Origin: Candidatus Poribacteria bacterium
GTDB taxonomy: Bacteria > Poribacteria > WGA-4E > WGA-3G
Assembly (NCBI GenBank): GCA_963667805.1
Contig: OY764016.1
Coordinates: forward strand, 4,458,998 to 4,522,997
Length of the DNA stretch: 64,000 nucleotides
Reading direction: 5' to 3'
The notes under the pieces are model-generated. The model ran no database searches and was not told the origin of the DNA. It worked only from the letters and a program-made list of their open reading frames with translations. Below are positions 43,132 to 52,690 of the stretch, piece by piece. Each line of letters starts with the position of its first letter. The first letter of the stretch is position 1. Made by a program: the position numbers and the translations under genes.

Positions 43132-43743
43132 TCAATCTGTTTCTCGTAGATAGGGGCGGAGATGTTTGCGAAGGTTACGATGCGCGTGGAGCAGATGGGC
43201 TTTGACTGTTCCATCGGATCGTCCAACGGTCGCTGCAATATCTTTAAGTGATAACCCGTCCCAGTGCCGTAAAATGAAGATTTGCCGCTGTTTTGGCGGA
43301 AGCCGACGGACGGCTTTCCGGATATGAGCCCTCAACTCCTTATTTTCCATTGCTTTTGCGGGTGATTCTGAGCGGGGATCCGGGATATTGGACATCGGCA
43401 GTTCCTCGGAATCCTCGGAGTCGTATAGGAGGACTTCCGATCTTGCTTTTTTCCGTAGGAAATCGATACAGAGATTCACCGTGATTCGGTAAAGCCAACT
43501 GTAAAACTGACACTGACTCTTGAAGTCGCCTAATCCTTGATATGCGCGTATGAAAGCGTCTTGTGTCAGGTCCGATGCGTCTTCTGGGTTTGGGACGAAG
43601 CGTTGCACCAAACGATAGGTGCGTTTTTGGTAGCGGGTAAAGAGCATGTCAAATGCGGCGGTGTCGCCTTGTTGAAATCGCTCAATTAGTTCAACATCCT
43701 CGTTACATTCTGGAGGGATGCTTTCTGGGCTTTGGGACTGCAT
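43132..43743 (-). CDS. ECF-type RNA polymerase sigma-70 family factor
   Basis: Region 2 is DLTQDAFIRAYQGL and SWLYRITVNLCIDFLRKK. Region 4 is LSLKDIAATVGRSDGTVKAHLLHAHRNLRKHL. Confidence 0.8.
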   Translation of the reverse strand: MQSQSPESIPPECNEDVELIERFQQGDTAAFDMLFTRYQKRTYRLVQRFVPNPEDASDLTQDAFIRAYQGLGDFKSQCQFYSWLYRITVNLCIDFLRKKARSEVLLYDSEDSEELPMSNIPDPRSESPAKAMENKELRAHIRKAVRRLPPKQRQIFILRHWDGLSLKDIAATVGRSDGTVKAHLLHAHRNLRKHLRPYLRETD

Positions 43744-43881
43744 GTTCTCCTCTTAAGCGTCATTGACCGGGAAAGGGGTTTCTGACTTTGTTAGGTGCTG
43801 GCAGCGAAGTTTGCTATACGAACATCGCTAAACCCCATTATTGGAAGTCAGAAACGCAAGTGGTCATTGACAAAATCGAAG

Positions 43882-44760
43882 TCACTGATTCGTTTGTTTG
43901 TGGATACTGCGAAACCAACGTTTATATCTCTGGCTATCTTGAACCATCTGTTGTAGGACAATTAATTCTTCGTCTTCTTCGACATGTGGATTTGTCTCGA
44001 GCAACGATAACAATTCCTCATAGACCAGGGCATCTTCGTGGGTGAGTGATGAGAGCAGTCTCTCAAAATTCTCACCATGCCCGAGCATTGCCAACAGTTG
44101 GTTCGTATGACGTATCTCCTCAGAAGCAGCTTGGTTCAGGTACGCTGCAAGTTCATGTTCGTTGCGTTTTTCGGCGATCTGTGCGAGAATCAATCGCATC
44201 CCGACAAGTTTGAGTTTTGCTTGTGCCAGTTCGTCCAAATCCGCTTCAAACCGTTTTTGGAGATGGTCTGCATCCCGTGGATGTAACTGGGCATAACTTG
44301 GCCACACTGGCTTTGCCATCACCTGTTTCAACCGTTGTAGGCTGTCAATCAGGGTTTCCTGCTCTTGTGGGGATAATTGTCCGAAAGTGCTTTCCCAGAA
44401 GTTTGTCTCGTGGACGACGCGTTCTCGGAAAAGTTTTTCAGACTGCGGGGTGAGTTGAATCCGTGCACGTCTCCGATCCTTATCACATTTACGACGGACG
44501 ACCCAACCGTGCCGTTCAAGACGACTCGCTAAGGCGGATGTTGTATTATGGGCAAGACCCAAATGCTCACCGAGTTCACTCACTGACATACCCGCCTCAC
44601 GCCCATACCAATGAAGATGTTGGAGAGCGTTGAATTGGACAATCGTCAGGCGATTGGGGACGACTTCCTGAATAAACCTGGATTTGACAGCCGCTTGCGC
44701 ATGACGCATCACACGCATCACGACATCAATTTCATTATGGAATTCCTGGTCTTTAGACAT
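43882..44760 (-). CDS. MarR-family winged-helix regulator with extended C-terminal domain of unknown function
   Basis: LTIVQFNALQHLHWYG...MSVSELGEHLGLAHNTTSALASRLERHGWVVR is a MarR wHTH. It lies adjacent to an ECF sigma gene and is not a classic anti-sigma factor. Confidence 0.5.
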   Translation of the reverse strand: MSKDQEFHNEIDVVMRVMRHAQAAVKSRFIQEVVPNRLTIVQFNALQHLHWYGREAGMSVSELGEHLGLAHNTTSALASRLERHGWVVRRKCDKDRRRARIQLTPQSEKLFRERVVHETNFWESTFGQLSPQEQETLIDSLQRLKQVMAKPVWPSYAQLHPRDADHLQKRFEADLDELAQAKLKLVGMRLILAQIAEKRNEHELAAYLNQAASEEIRHTNQLLAMLGHGENFERLLSSLTHEDALVYEELLSLLETNPHVEEDEELIVLQQMVQDSQRYKRWFRSIHKQTNQ

Positions 44761-45024
44761 ATTTTGGCGATACTTTTAAGCCAAACTTACTGTTGAGTGA
44801 AAGTCGGCGGTGTAGAGGGGTGCTTTCAAACTCCTGTTAAATCACAAAAAGTTATTATATCCTATATTGGATACATTTTCCGTCGTATGCGATAGAATAA
44901 TTATACACCGACTTTATCCAGATGTCAAATTAAACTGCAAAAAAATGGTAATTTTCGAGGATTTTTCGTCCAAACTCGGTGTTTGACTAAGAATTATCTG
45001 CATTTTTTCCGAAATTGGCGGTTT

Positions 45025-46758
45025 TTAATTGCTGCCAACGAGGCGTTGTGCCTTCATTTTTCGCTTTCTCTTCGATTTTGACTTAGGTTTCGATGCGTTC
45101 GTTTGACTGTGCTGCGCTTCTTGGTTATTTGTGGTCGGTTGATTCACCTGAAGGACTTGTTGCTGCTGTGCCACATACTCGGCGTAGTTGCCTTTAAAAA
45201 GTTCCGCAGTCCCTCCGGGTTTACCGTCAAAAATTAACAGTTTTGTGGCGAGATTGTTCAGCAGGTACCGATCGTGAGAAATAATAAAGAGCGTTGCTGG
45301 ATATTCCGCCAGTGCTGCTTCCAATGCCTCGCGTGCCGGGATGTCGAGATGGTTCGTTGGTTCATCAAGGAGGAGGACATTCGCATTCGCTAATAGTAAC
45401 TTCGCGAGTAGCACGCGGCTCTGTTCTCCGCCGCTTAGATTTCCAATCCTTTTGAACACGTCATCACTGGAAAATAGAAACTTACCCAAGAAGTTACGTA
45501 TTTCGCCTTGTGTATGTTTCGGTCGAAGTGCCCAGATTTCGTCAATAATTTCGTTGTCTGGGTTGAGTCCCTCCAATTCCTGCCCATAGTACCCAAGCTT
45601 AAGTGTGGGACCTATCCACATTTCTCCCTCGGTTGGTACTTCATCGCCTAAGATCATTCGGAAGAACGTTGTTTTTCCTGTGCCGTTCGCCCCAATAATT
45701 CCGATAACATCGCGGCGGTATACCTCAAAATTCAAGTCCGTAAAAATGAGCTTATCGCCGAATGATTTGCCAACCTTTTGGCATCGGAGGATGTCGTTTC
45801 CACCGCGGGTTTCGGGCGTGAAACTGAGACTGAGGGTCGGCGCATCAGATTTCGGTTTTTCGACTCTTTCCAAGCGGTTCAGTTTTTTCTGTCTACCTTG
45901 TGCCTCTCGTGTGCGTTGCCCCGCCATGTTACGGCGGATAAAGTCCTCTTCGTGTTCAATGAACGCCTGCTGTTTTTTGAATGCTCGTTCTGCGACTAAT
46001 TGTTCAACCCTTTTCGTTTCGACGTACTTGGAGTAGTTTCCACGATAAATTTTTATCTGGTGTTCTTCGAGTTCCCAAACCTTGCGGACGACCTTATCTA
46101 AGAAGTACCGATCGTGAGAAACAACGAGGACTGCGCCGTTGTATTCAACGTTGAGATAGTTTTCGAGCCACTCAATTGCGTTGATGTCGAGGTGATTTGT
46201 GGGCTCATCAAAAAGCAGGAGATCTGGCTTTTCAAGGAGCAGCTTTGCGAGTGTCGCTCGGCTTTTCTGTCCACCACTGAGGACACGAATCGGGAGATTG
46301 AAGTCGAGTTCACTAAAACCCAAGCCACCGAGGATACGATTGATCTCGTATTCATAATCGTAACCCCCGAGTTGTTCGTGCTGTTCTTGAATCCGAGCGT
46401 ATGCTGCTAAAAGGTCGGGTGCCTCTTCTGTTTCCATCTCCTCTGCGAGCAAGAGCATCTTGTCTTCAAGTGTCCGCCGTTTTTCAAAAACCTTGAGCAT
46501 CTCTTGCCTGAGGGTGCAATCATGTGCGAGATCCGGTTCTTGACTGAGGTAACCGATACGTAAGCCCTTCGCTGAGACAACTTTCCCTTTAAAATTAGCA
46601 AGCAGACCGTTTATAATCTTAAGTAACGTTGTTTTTCCTGTTCCGTTACGGCCAATTAATCCGATTCGGTCTCCATGCTCAATTGAAACCGAAATATCGT
46701 CGAGAATCAGGTCTGGATCGTACAATTTGGTGATGTGTTCTAATCGTATTAAGGACAT
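45025..46758 (-). CDS. ABC-F family ATPase (tandem ABC domains, no TMD; translation-factor type)
   Basis: Two Walker A sites (GRNGTGKTTLL, GANGTGKTTFF). Two LSGG signatures (LSGGQKSRATLA, LSGGEQSRVLLA). Confidence 0.8.
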   Translation of the reverse strand: MSLIRLEHITKLYDPDLILDDISVSIEHGDRIGLIGRNGTGKTTLLKIINGLLANFKGKVVSAKGLRIGYLSQEPDLAHDCTLRQEMLKVFEKRRTLEDKMLLLAEEMETEEAPDLLAAYARIQEQHEQLGGYDYEYEINRILGGLGFSELDFNLPIRVLSGGQKSRATLAKLLLEKPDLLLFDEPTNHLDINAIEWLENYLNVEYNGAVLVVSHDRYFLDKVVRKVWELEEHQIKIYRGNYSKYVETKRVEQLVAERAFKKQQAFIEHEEDFIRRNMAGQRTREAQGRQKKLNRLERVEKPKSDAPTLSLSFTPETRGGNDILRCQKVGKSFGDKLIFTDLNFEVYRRDVIGIIGANGTGKTTFFRMILGDEVPTEGEMWIGPTLKLGYYGQELEGLNPDNEIIDEIWALRPKHTQGEIRNFLGKFLFSSDDVFKRIGNLSGGEQSRVLLAKLLLANANVLLLDEPTNHLDIPAREALEAALAEYPATLFIISHDRYLLNNLATKLLIFDGKPGGTAELFKGNYAEYVAQQQQVLQVNQPTTNNQEAQHSQTNASKPKSKSKRKRKMKAQRLVGSN

Positions 46759-46774
46759 TTTTTTTCACTGACCG

Positions 46775-47739
46775 CTAATTGCTATTTCTGTGACGGGTTT
46801 CTGTCAACAGAGCGTTTTTATGCAGTGTAAATTGAGCACTGCGGGTAATCATTTCCTGATATGTGTTGGCGCGGTCTGCGTCTGGACGACGGATGTTAAA
46901 TTGCCTGAATCGCCAGAACGCTATGGAGAGGGCGGCATACTCAACAAAGCAGTCTAAGGACTGCCACTCACTTTCTGTCAAAGGACGCACTGCGTTGTAA
47001 GCGTCTAAAAACCGCTGTGCAGCCCCAAGATTTAGCCGATCCTCCGGTGTATAACAACAACCGATAAGCGTCATTCCAACATCGATTAACAATGTATCAT
47101 AACAGCCCTCCTCGAAGTCGAGGATCGCGACCATCTGATTGCCGTCGAAAAGGGTATTATCCAAAAAAAGGTCTCCGTGGAGAAGTCCCATCGGAAGTCG
47201 CGCATTGAGTTGGGATTCCATTGACGCCAATTGCGATTTCAACGATTCAACGAAGGGGTGCGTGGCGAAGGGTGTGCCTTGGACCTCCTCGAAAAAAGGG
47301 ATCATTTGTGAGATTCCCATTGCGAATCGGGGCAATTTCGCAATCGGTGGAATACAATGCAGCTGCGCCAACGCTTCACCGAGGTGTGCCAGCGTATTCG
47401 GTGAGGAGCGTGGTTGTTCCCCTTGCAGGAAAGGATAGAGCATTACGCTGCCGAATGTCTCGTGGATGAGGTATTTCCGGTCTTTCGTTGGGATAGGGTA
47501 TACCGTCGGATAAGCGTATTGTGGTGGAGATGTTGCAACAGTTCGATTTGCATGTTAAGTTCTGCTGGATCTTTTTCATCGCAAATTTTAAGCAGAAACG
47601 CCCCCGCTGTGGTTGTTAGTTTAAAGTTGCTGTTCCCGAATCCACCGGGGATCTCTTCAAGTTTCAGCGGTGTGCCAATCGAATATTGTGAGACAATACG
47701 CGCGAGTTCTGTAGGTGAAAGGGTTGTGTAGCGTGCCAT
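46775..47739 (-). pseudogene. homoserine kinase type II/aminoglycoside phosphotransferase (APH) family gene with two frameshifts
   Basis: The N-terminus MARYTTLSPTELARIVSQYSIGTPLKLEEIPGGFGNSNFKLTTTAGAFLLK is ThrB2/APH-like. The C-terminal part carries LLHGDLFLDNTLFDG. The reading frame changes twice within about 100 nt (frame A ...HLHHNTLIRR, frame B DGIPYPNERPE..., frame C LYPFLQGEQP...). Confidence 0.5.
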
Positions 47740-47759
47740 ATCTTCCGGCTGTGGTCTTG

Positions 47760-48296
47760 CTAATTCGATTCAGTGTTTTTCTCTAATTCTCGAAATTCTG
47801 GAGAGTTACGAATGTTATCAAAGGCAGGTTCCGTTTTCGCTGCGGAAAGTGCTGCCTTGTCCACGCGAATTGCCTCACGCAACGAAGCGATTGAGAGTCC
47901 TTTTTCTGCCTTGTGTGAATAGGCGACCGCGAGGTTGTAGTGTGCCTTCGCGAAGTCAACATCTAACTGCGTGGCGCGTTCCCATGCTTGAATCGCTTTG
48001 TCGAGTTCGCCCAAATTTCCATAGACAACACCTAATGTGAAAAACGGCATGACCCACCCGGGTTCATTCTCGATTGCCAAGCTGAGTTCCATGATGGCTT
48101 GTCCAAAGTCGCCATCATTGGCATACGCCATGCCCCAATTATAGTGTGCGACGGCAACGGGGTTCGGTTCAGGGACGTCTGTGCTTTGTGAATAAGGGAT
48201 CGCTTTCGGACCGCATGCAATGAAACAAAGCATCGAGCCTACAATTAACATTAACCCACCAAAGCGTAATTTGTTCAGTCCGTATAGAAAAGTCAT
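47760..48296 (-). CDS. tetratricopeptide-repeat lipoprotein
   Basis: Signal/lipobox ...MLCFIAC. TPR units are AHYNWGMAYANDGDFGQAI, FFTLGVVYGNLGELDKAIQAW and AHYNLAVAYSHKAE. Confidence 0.6.
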   Translation of the reverse strand: MTFLYGLNKLRFGGLMLIVGSMLCFIACGPKAIPYSQSTDVPEPNPVAVAHYNWGMAYANDGDFGQAIMELSLAIENEPGWVMPFFTLGVVYGNLGELDKAIQAWERATQLDVDFAKAHYNLAVAYSHKAEKGLSIASLREAIRVDKAALSAAKTEPAFDNIRNSPEFRELEKNTESN

Positions 48297-48346
48297 AGTT
48301 TTCCCTCCATCACTTCGTTAAATATTAGCAAAAGATGGGATTGGAA

Positions 48347-49804
48347 TCAAGGTGTCTCCGATTTTTCCACGTAAATGGCATAGACTTTCGGGTCTTCTGG
48401 GCGGATTCCGGTGTAATTCAGTCTGATTCGGATTGTTCCATTTCTCCCGTCAATCCGTTTCCCTTTTTTCCATGCCACCGTCTGCTGAAACCCCGATGTG
48501 AGAGGCAGACAGTCGTCTCTGGTGTACCCTTCGATGGGTTGAAAACGCTCGTCTAAGATGTCAAGTGTAACCTGACCGTATTCCGACAAACCATCAACAT
48601 TCAGTGCCACCGTGCAAGACTGTCCTTCAAGGTCAATGGGTGTCGAAATTACGTGGTGCGGTTGTTCTGTTTGTCGACGCATATCCGTCGCCTGAAAATA
48701 GCCGAGTCGATCCCGCTGCCACGTTGCGATCCGAACCCCGTTACTCAGTTGCTCCGGCCACGGGGCATACCAAAAAAGTGTTTCATCACCAACGTTCTCA
48801 AAACCTTGTCCCTGCATAAGTGAGGCATGTTTGAAATTCATCGGTGTTGGCAAGTGTTCAAAATCGTCTTCCGCCGCTTCTACCATCTGAAAATCTGGAA
48901 TCGGTTCACGATAATGCAGCGCGTCGTTGCTGACAACCAAACCGAGATCCATCGTCACGTGCCGACGATCGTTGTTCTCCGGTCCGTGCCACTGTCCATA
49001 AAAACCGAGAATCACATTCCCACGGTTCCATAGTGCCGCACCGAGATGGACCTGTTCCCCTTGGTGTGCCCCGTAGACTACAGGTCTTGGTGGGATATTG
49101 CCGCGTCTGAACCCCAAGCACGATGCCTCGCTCCAATGTTCAAAATCGTAGGACGCATACATCACCATCTGCCGTGTAGGACCGATGTGGCTTCCACCGT
49201 GGGCACTCAGATAGTAGCATCCGTTGAATTTCGTAACACCGGACATCTCACAGGAGGGGGGATTGGGGTGCCGTTCAGCTTCTCGCCATCGGAGTCCGTC
49301 TTCACTGAACATGACTGCGAATTTTGGGGAATATTTTGAAGTCTCAATAATGGCTTTGAACCGGCGTGCGGGATCGGGGTCGTCTGGCTCATAGTAGACA
49401 ACGCAGGCCTGGATGTGATATTGTCCGCCTTGTATATCGACGAGATTGTTTCGGGTAGATCCGTTATATGCTACCAGTCCGAGTTCCGGTTTTTCCCAGT
49501 TGTATCCATCACGGCTTTTTGCGAAACACACCCGTTGGTGCCAACTCTCGTCGTCTCCGTGTCCGAGATACCACATCCAGAGTTCGTCGCCAACGCGATG
49601 GACCGACCCGTAATAGATGACGCAGGCACTGTCTGGCGCGCCGGATGGACCGGGACGCACCACAATTTGCGTCCGATCAACCCCGGCTCTGTAAGGCACG
49701 AGTTGTAGACGGACACAGTGTTGAAACGGGATGCTGTAGTCATCGAAAGGGAAAAGCACTATCTGATCTGTACTGACGTGTTCGGGATTGTTTTTGATAA
49801 TCAT
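48347..49804 (-). CDS. putative beta-propeller glycoside-hydrolase-like protein (GH43/GH32/GH130-clan-like)
   Basis: LWMWYLGHGDDESWHQRVCFAKSRDGYNWEKP and a repeated W..DG pattern suggest a 5-bladed propeller hydrolase. The family was not identified. Confidence 0.3.
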   Translation of the reverse strand: MIIKNNPEHVSTDQIVLFPFDDYSIPFQHCVRLQLVPYRAGVDRTQIVVRPGPSGAPDSACVIYYGSVHRVGDELWMWYLGHGDDESWHQRVCFAKSRDGYNWEKPELGLVAYNGSTRNNLVDIQGGQYHIQACVVYYEPDDPDPARRFKAIIETSKYSPKFAVMFSEDGLRWREAERHPNPPSCEMSGVTKFNGCYYLSAHGGSHIGPTRQMVMYASYDFEHWSEASCLGFRRGNIPPRPVVYGAHQGEQVHLGAALWNRGNVILGFYGQWHGPENNDRRHVTMDLGLVVSNDALHYREPIPDFQMVEAAEDDFEHLPTPMNFKHASLMQGQGFENVGDETLFWYAPWPEQLSNGVRIATWQRDRLGYFQATDMRRQTEQPHHVISTPIDLEGQSCTVALNVDGLSEYGQVTLDILDERFQPIEGYTRDDCLPLTSGFQQTVAWKKGKRIDGRNGTIRIRLNYTGIRPEDPKVYAIYVEKSETP

Positions 49805-49850
49805 GTTGTAGTTGTCGGTTATCAGTCTTCAGTTTGCCTCGCAGTGAGAG

Positions 49851-51206
49851 TTAAAGAGGTTTCTGGTGTACATCAGGCGTTTCTTTTAAAATTGCGGCGT
49901 AGATGAGCGGTTTTAGGGTCTGGCTCAATTCGGAAAATGGGATATGTTGTGCAAGGGTGATTGCCACCAATTCATCTCGCGGTGAAATCCAGAATTCGGT
50001 GCTTGTCCCGCCAATCCAGCCGTATTCATCCACTTGGGAAGCGGGTATCCAGTCCGTCTGCTGGACGCGAACCGAGACACCGAGTCCGAAACCGAGTCCG
50101 GCGTAACGTTCATCCGGTTTTTTATCCAACGGTATCAAATGCGCTGGTAAATGATTGCGCGTCATCAATTCGACGGATTCAGACTTCAGGAATTGTTTTC
50201 CCTCAAGTGTGCCTCTACCTGAGAGCATCAGACACAATCGGGTAAAATCAGCAGCGGTAGAGACCAAGCCACCACCGGCAGATAGGAATTTCGGTTTCTG
50301 TCTAAAACTATTTTTGGATACATGACCCGTTCCGCCCTCCGGAGCATCAATCGTTTGCAGACCTCCGCCCGGTTTTGGACCGTACATATTTGCAAACCGA
50401 TCTATCTTCTCCTTTGGTACGTAAAATCCGGTATCGGGCATACCTAACGGTTGGAAGATCCGATCGGCTAAAAACACATCAAAGGGGTGACCGGAAACCA
50501 CCTCAATCAATCTACCCAAGACATCTGCGGCGATGCTATAGTGCCATTTCGTTCCGGGTGGGTACAACAACGGAATCCCGCCGAGCCTCTCAACCATCTC
50601 CTGTAGGTCGCACGCATGCAGACGGTGCAGACCTGCCTCGCGATAACGTTTGTCGACCGCGGTTTGTCCTGCCATATATCGTGCGGCACCCGGCAATCCA
50701 GCCGTATGACGCATCAGATCTCGGACGGTCATATCCCGATCTGCTTCAACCAACCTGAGTGATTCTCCATCTGCATCCACTGCTACTTTCAATCCATCTA
50801 ATTCGGGTAGGTAGGTCGAAGTCGGAGCATCCAGTTGTAGTTTTCCTTCCTCACAGAGCATCATCACTGCCACTGCAGCGATCGGTTTGGTCATTGAATA
50901 GATACGGAAGATCGTATCTTTTTGCATCGGCTTATTCGCTGCAATGTCCATCATACCGGATGCCTTAAAGTATGCCACTTTACCACACCGTGCCACAACT
51001 GTGACCGCACCGGCGAGTCGCTCTTTGTCGATGAACTCTTGCGAAATCGTGGAAATACACGCAAGTCGTTTTGCTGAGAGCCCCACCTCGTGCGGTGCCG
51101 CGGTTAGATTGGGATTTAATTTTACGGTGTCCATGATAGCGCACTTCTTTTTCTGGAAAGTTTCGAGTGCTAAGGATTTATGGATTTCTCCCGTTAAGGA
51201 TACCAC
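49851..51206 (-). CDS. serine hydrolase of the beta-lactamase/DD-peptidase (class C-related) family
   Basis: S-x-x-K motif IYSMTKPI. The length and context are typical of the esterase/beta-lactamase family. The start may be the GTG at 51206 or the ATG at 51134. Confidence 0.65.
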   Translation of the reverse strand: MVSLTGEIHKSLALETFQKKKCAIMDTVKLNPNLTAAPHEVGLSAKRLACISTISQEFIDKERLAGAVTVVARCGKVAYFKASGMMDIAANKPMQKDTIFRIYSMTKPIAAVAVMMLCEEGKLQLDAPTSTYLPELDGLKVAVDADGESLRLVEADRDMTVRDLMRHTAGLPGAARYMAGQTAVDKRYREAGLHRLHACDLQEMVERLGGIPLLYPPGTKWHYSIAADVLGRLIEVVSGHPFDVFLADRIFQPLGMPDTGFYVPKEKIDRFANMYGPKPGGGLQTIDAPEGGTGHVSKNSFRQKPKFLSAGGGLVSTAADFTRLCLMLSGRGTLEGKQFLKSESVELMTRNHLPAHLIPLDKKPDERYAGLGFGLGVSVRVQQTDWIPASQVDEYGWIGGTSTEFWISPRDELVAITLAQHIPFSELSQTLKPLIYAAILKETPDVHQKPL

Positions 51207-51252
51207 ATCAGCGATAGAATGTCACATTTTTTGAGCAATATGTCTTCTGAGG

Positions 51253-52491
51253 CTACACAAGTGCATTCAGGATTGGGAGTAAGGTGCGTATGGTTGGGAC
51301 CTCTCGAAATATGAAGCCAAACTGTGAGAAATACGCAGAGGCCGCGAGTGCATCAGCGATAAGCGGCTTTTTTTCCAACGCCTTTGAGACACCGAGAATA
51401 AGGGACACATGCGTCTGTTCAGCGAGTGTATTGAGTCGCGCGATGAGATGTCCTTGATGCCACGGATGAAATAACTCAATAGCAGTCTCTACACCACTTT
51501 TGTGAACGAGTTGATAGTCTGGGAAGCAGTAGAGCTCGCCCGGTAAAGGGAGGAACTGACTGCCGGGACGGATCTGCCAGTCATCGGTTTTGTTACCCAG
51601 CATTGTCTGAAAGAGTTGAATGTCTTCAGGGATATACGCGAGGAACTGTTGCGAAATCGGCTTAATCCCGCACGATTCATCGAGAGATAACCGCCAGCCA
51701 GTATTTTTGGACTGCGTATTTCGGAACTGGATCTCCGCAGTGAGTTCCCATTTGGGTTGATGCAGCACGGCGACGAAGAAATTCGCTAAATTCATGCCGT
51801 ATCGTTTTGTTTTGTAAAAGAGGTTGAGCGGTCCGTCTACCGTAATCTGATAGCGTTCTTCTTCTTTCCGAATCGTGGAGAGGAGTTGGTTGAATCTGAG
51901 ATACTTGAACAGTTGACGGAGTTCGGCTGTCATGGCGTCGGCGAGTTTTAACGTGAGACTGTTGCTGTGGAGAAGTAACCCTTGGACCTGTGCGGTGTTA
52001 TAGCGGTGGAGCAAGTGTTCAGCAGAAAGCGTCTTGAATGTCAAGACCTGTTGATGACTCGGTAGATCTGCGTAAAGTTTGGCAGTTAGGTCCGCTCCGT
52101 TTGTCGGAGCAATTTCTGGTTGCGATTCCGCCAACACTTTACCCTGGTAATCGGCGTAATTCTCGAACGTTTCTTGTGAAAGTAAGCGGCTTGTCTCCGT
52201 GAAAAGTTTTTGTCGAAATGCGATCAATGCTTCGTTGGGCGTCGTATCAAACTCTGTCCGATCTAACAGGAGTTTTTCGAGTCCGCGCTTGACAATAGGT
52301 GTTCCCGGTGTGCTGTCAATAATGTGCTTGCTGCTTTCCAAGAGCGTCGCGCGTGGCTTGTCTCGCGATTCTTCAAAAACAGCGATTAATTGCTCGGCGA
52401 TTCCCAATAACCGATTATCTGCTGGATTCACAAACTGTGGTAAAATCTGCCCGTTCTGGGTTCTGTAACGGAGTAGATCTTTGGTAAGCAT
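51253..52491 (-). CDS. DUF790/Bax1-like nuclease partner of XPB helicase
   Basis: N-terminus MLTKDLLRYRTQNGQILPQF (DUF790-like LL..R..G.I.P.F). About 410 aa. Immediately downstream of, and co-oriented with, an XPB-like helicase gene. Confidence 0.5.
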   Translation of the reverse strand: MLTKDLLRYRTQNGQILPQFVNPADNRLLGIAEQLIAVFEESRDKPRATLLESSKHIIDSTPGTPIVKRGLEKLLLDRTEFDTTPNEALIAFRQKLFTETSRLLSQETFENYADYQGKVLAESQPEIAPTNGADLTAKLYADLPSHQQVLTFKTLSAEHLLHRYNTAQVQGLLLHSNSLTLKLADAMTAELRQLFKYLRFNQLLSTIRKEEERYQITVDGPLNLFYKTKRYGMNLANFFVAVLHQPKWELTAEIQFRNTQSKNTGWRLSLDESCGIKPISQQFLAYIPEDIQLFQTMLGNKTDDWQIRPGSQFLPLPGELYCFPDYQLVHKSGVETAIELFHPWHQGHLIARLNTLAEQTHVSLILGVSKALEKKPLIADALAASAYFSQFGFIFREVPTIRTLLPILNALV

Positions 52492-52690
52492 CTTTTAATT
52501 GTACCTTGCGGTTAAATGGTATGATTTTGGACTTTAGCATTGTTTTCTCGAATCCGCTCTCCAAATGTAAAGCAAAGACAAATTATGCCATTTAAGGCAT
52601 AATTTCATTACGAGCTACGCAATTTTAGGCTATACGAATTTTTTAATTATACCTTTTGCCCGTCCGGGACGATGTGCTGAAGTCGATTAT

